A stretch of DNA of 61,967 nt, filler included, from Pirum gemmata (Eukaryota): assembly GCA_002812295.1 (NCBI GenBank). It is 22 parts of 22 records of this genome, joined end to end, with 100 filler letters (N's around TTAATTAATTAA, not from the genome) between each part and the next. Parts side by side here need not be neighbours in the genome. Positions count along the whole stretch, not along the records: positions 59,472 to 61,967 come from PDIN01005949.1; 21 more parts are not named here. The stretch is one strand, 5' to 3'. The translations under genes were made by a program, and so were the position numbers. The notes beneath the pieces were generated by a model. That model saw only the letters and a program-made list of their open reading frames with translations, made no database searches and was not told the origin of the DNA. Positions 60,888 to 61,967 of the stretch are shown here, in pieces (position 1 is the first letter of the stretch; each line of letters starts with the position of its first letter).

Positions 60888-61868
60888 TTAGTAATAACTT
60901 TTTTTAGTTGGACGTCGACAATCATGCCATTTCTTCCCTTCCTCGATTTGATATTTCATCCGAATAAATGGAGCATTCTCACACACCTGGTTTCTTTTTC
61001 CTAAATCCTTAACGGGTGATGTAGTCCCAAGAACAGCTTTTCCATGATCAGAAAAAGCTTTCAAAAGGTTACATTCTTCATATTCAAAACAATTTTCATT
61101 AATAGCAAAATCATACTGATCCACATAATCATTTACTAACTCGACAGCATTTTTCATACCAATAGCTAAACCTAACTTATGCGCGAATCTTAGTTGCCAT
61201 TCTATATACCTTTTTTGATGTTGCACTACCTCATCATCATCTATGCTATATTTATCTTTTATATAACGCTTACATTCATCATTTGAAAAACAATCAATAT
61301 TATCTGACTCGATAGCATCGCAACGTTTTTCTTTGGCTAACTGCCAACGCGGTTTCATTAAGCGCTTTAAGCTCTGAAGGTTTGTAATGTCCAGCCATGT
61401 TTCGTCCCAATTTTTCACTTTGCCCAAACCCAAAACATTGAACGATTCAGGATTTTTTTTATAATCCTTTCTCCATTTCTCAATGGAACCAGAGTTAATA
61501 TAACAAACAACTAATATACCATGATCTTTATATTGTTTTATTACAGTTTCATCGGTGTCGAATAAATCCACAGTAACCACATCTACTTGAATATTTTGAT
61601 CAAGATTGCTATCTTTAGCTTTCTCTTCTTTGATATCATCAGTACCCCAGGCTAAATTGGCCCACACAAGGTCTGACTTAAACAAAGCTCGGGGAGTATT
61701 ATCTGATTCAGTATAATAAGGTTTTTGTTCCACTGGTCTCGGTACTCGCACTGTGCTAAAGTCACGCTCAGGTTCTTCAATACCTAAATCAATATTTAAC
61801 GCATTGGAAGTAGTAATAAAATAGGCTGCTAGCCCGCCGTGAAAGCAAAAAGCTAATTTCGAATTCAT
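60888..61868 (-). CDS. Glycoside hydrolase family 114 (endo-alpha-1,4-polygalactosaminidase-like), secreted, 326 aa
   Basis: Intronless with a signal peptide. Motifs VDLFD, VVCYINSGSIEKWR.D, WDETWLDI, MKPR..LAKEK.CDAIESDNID, AH.LGLAIG.KNA and FAINENCFEYEEC; the putative catalytic Asp and Glu are present. Confidence 0.92.
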   Translation of the reverse strand: MNSKLAFCFHGGLAAYFITTSNALNIDLGIEEPERDFSTVRVPRPVEQKPYYTESDNTPRALFKSDLVWANLAWGTDDIKEEKAKDSNLDQNIQVDVVTVDLFDTDETVIKQYKDHGILVVCYINSGSIEKWRKDYKKNPESFNVLGLGKVKNWDETWLDITNLQSLKRLMKPRWQLAKEKRCDAIESDNIDCFSNDECKRYIKDKYSIDDDEVVQHQKRYIEWQLRFAHKLGLAIGMKNAVELVNDYVDQYDFAINENCFEYEECNLLKAFSDHGKAVLGTTSPVKDLGKRNQVCENAPFIRMKYQIEEGKKWHDCRRPTKKSYY

Positions 61869-61967
61869 ATTATTACTGTTGTATTATTATTGATTATTAT
61901 TCTTTATTGTTATTATTATTATTATTATTATTCTTGTTAGCTATTATTATTATTATTATTATTATTA

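Overview
Very AT-rich, microsatellite-laden, intron-containing eukaryotic nuclear DNA; the taxon cannot be fixed from the window. It is not one locus: 22 short scaffolds (mostly about 2.3-2.5 kb) are joined by 21 artificial N-TTAATTAATTAA-N linkers, so adjacency across a linker means nothing. Most ORFs in the track are simple-repeat translations. Reading splice sites by hand recovers real genes the track misses or fragments: three exons of an RNF216/TRIAD3-like RBR E3 ligase, a complete 4-exon class C-like GPCR with an extra N-terminal TM, an S1 serine protease (5' part), an AAAP/SLC38 transporter exon, a Piezo-like exon, an Ssb-type lid-truncated Hsp70 whose two exons lie in permuted order, and a Romo1/Mgr2-like last exon. 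Intronless genes are a secreted crystallin-like/Cys-repeat/EEP fusion, a 17-repeat PPR protein, a GPI-type surface protein and a GH114 hydrolase. At least four dispersed MITE families are present. The best candidates for something undescribed are (i) a head-to-head pair of homologous non-coding elements at about 32.6-33.2 kb with Pol III box A/B-like heads and a shared helix, and (ii) an inverted repeat of a gag-like fragment with an approximately 360-bp stem at 52.8-53.7 kb. All homology calls are from motif recognition by eye, not database searches.
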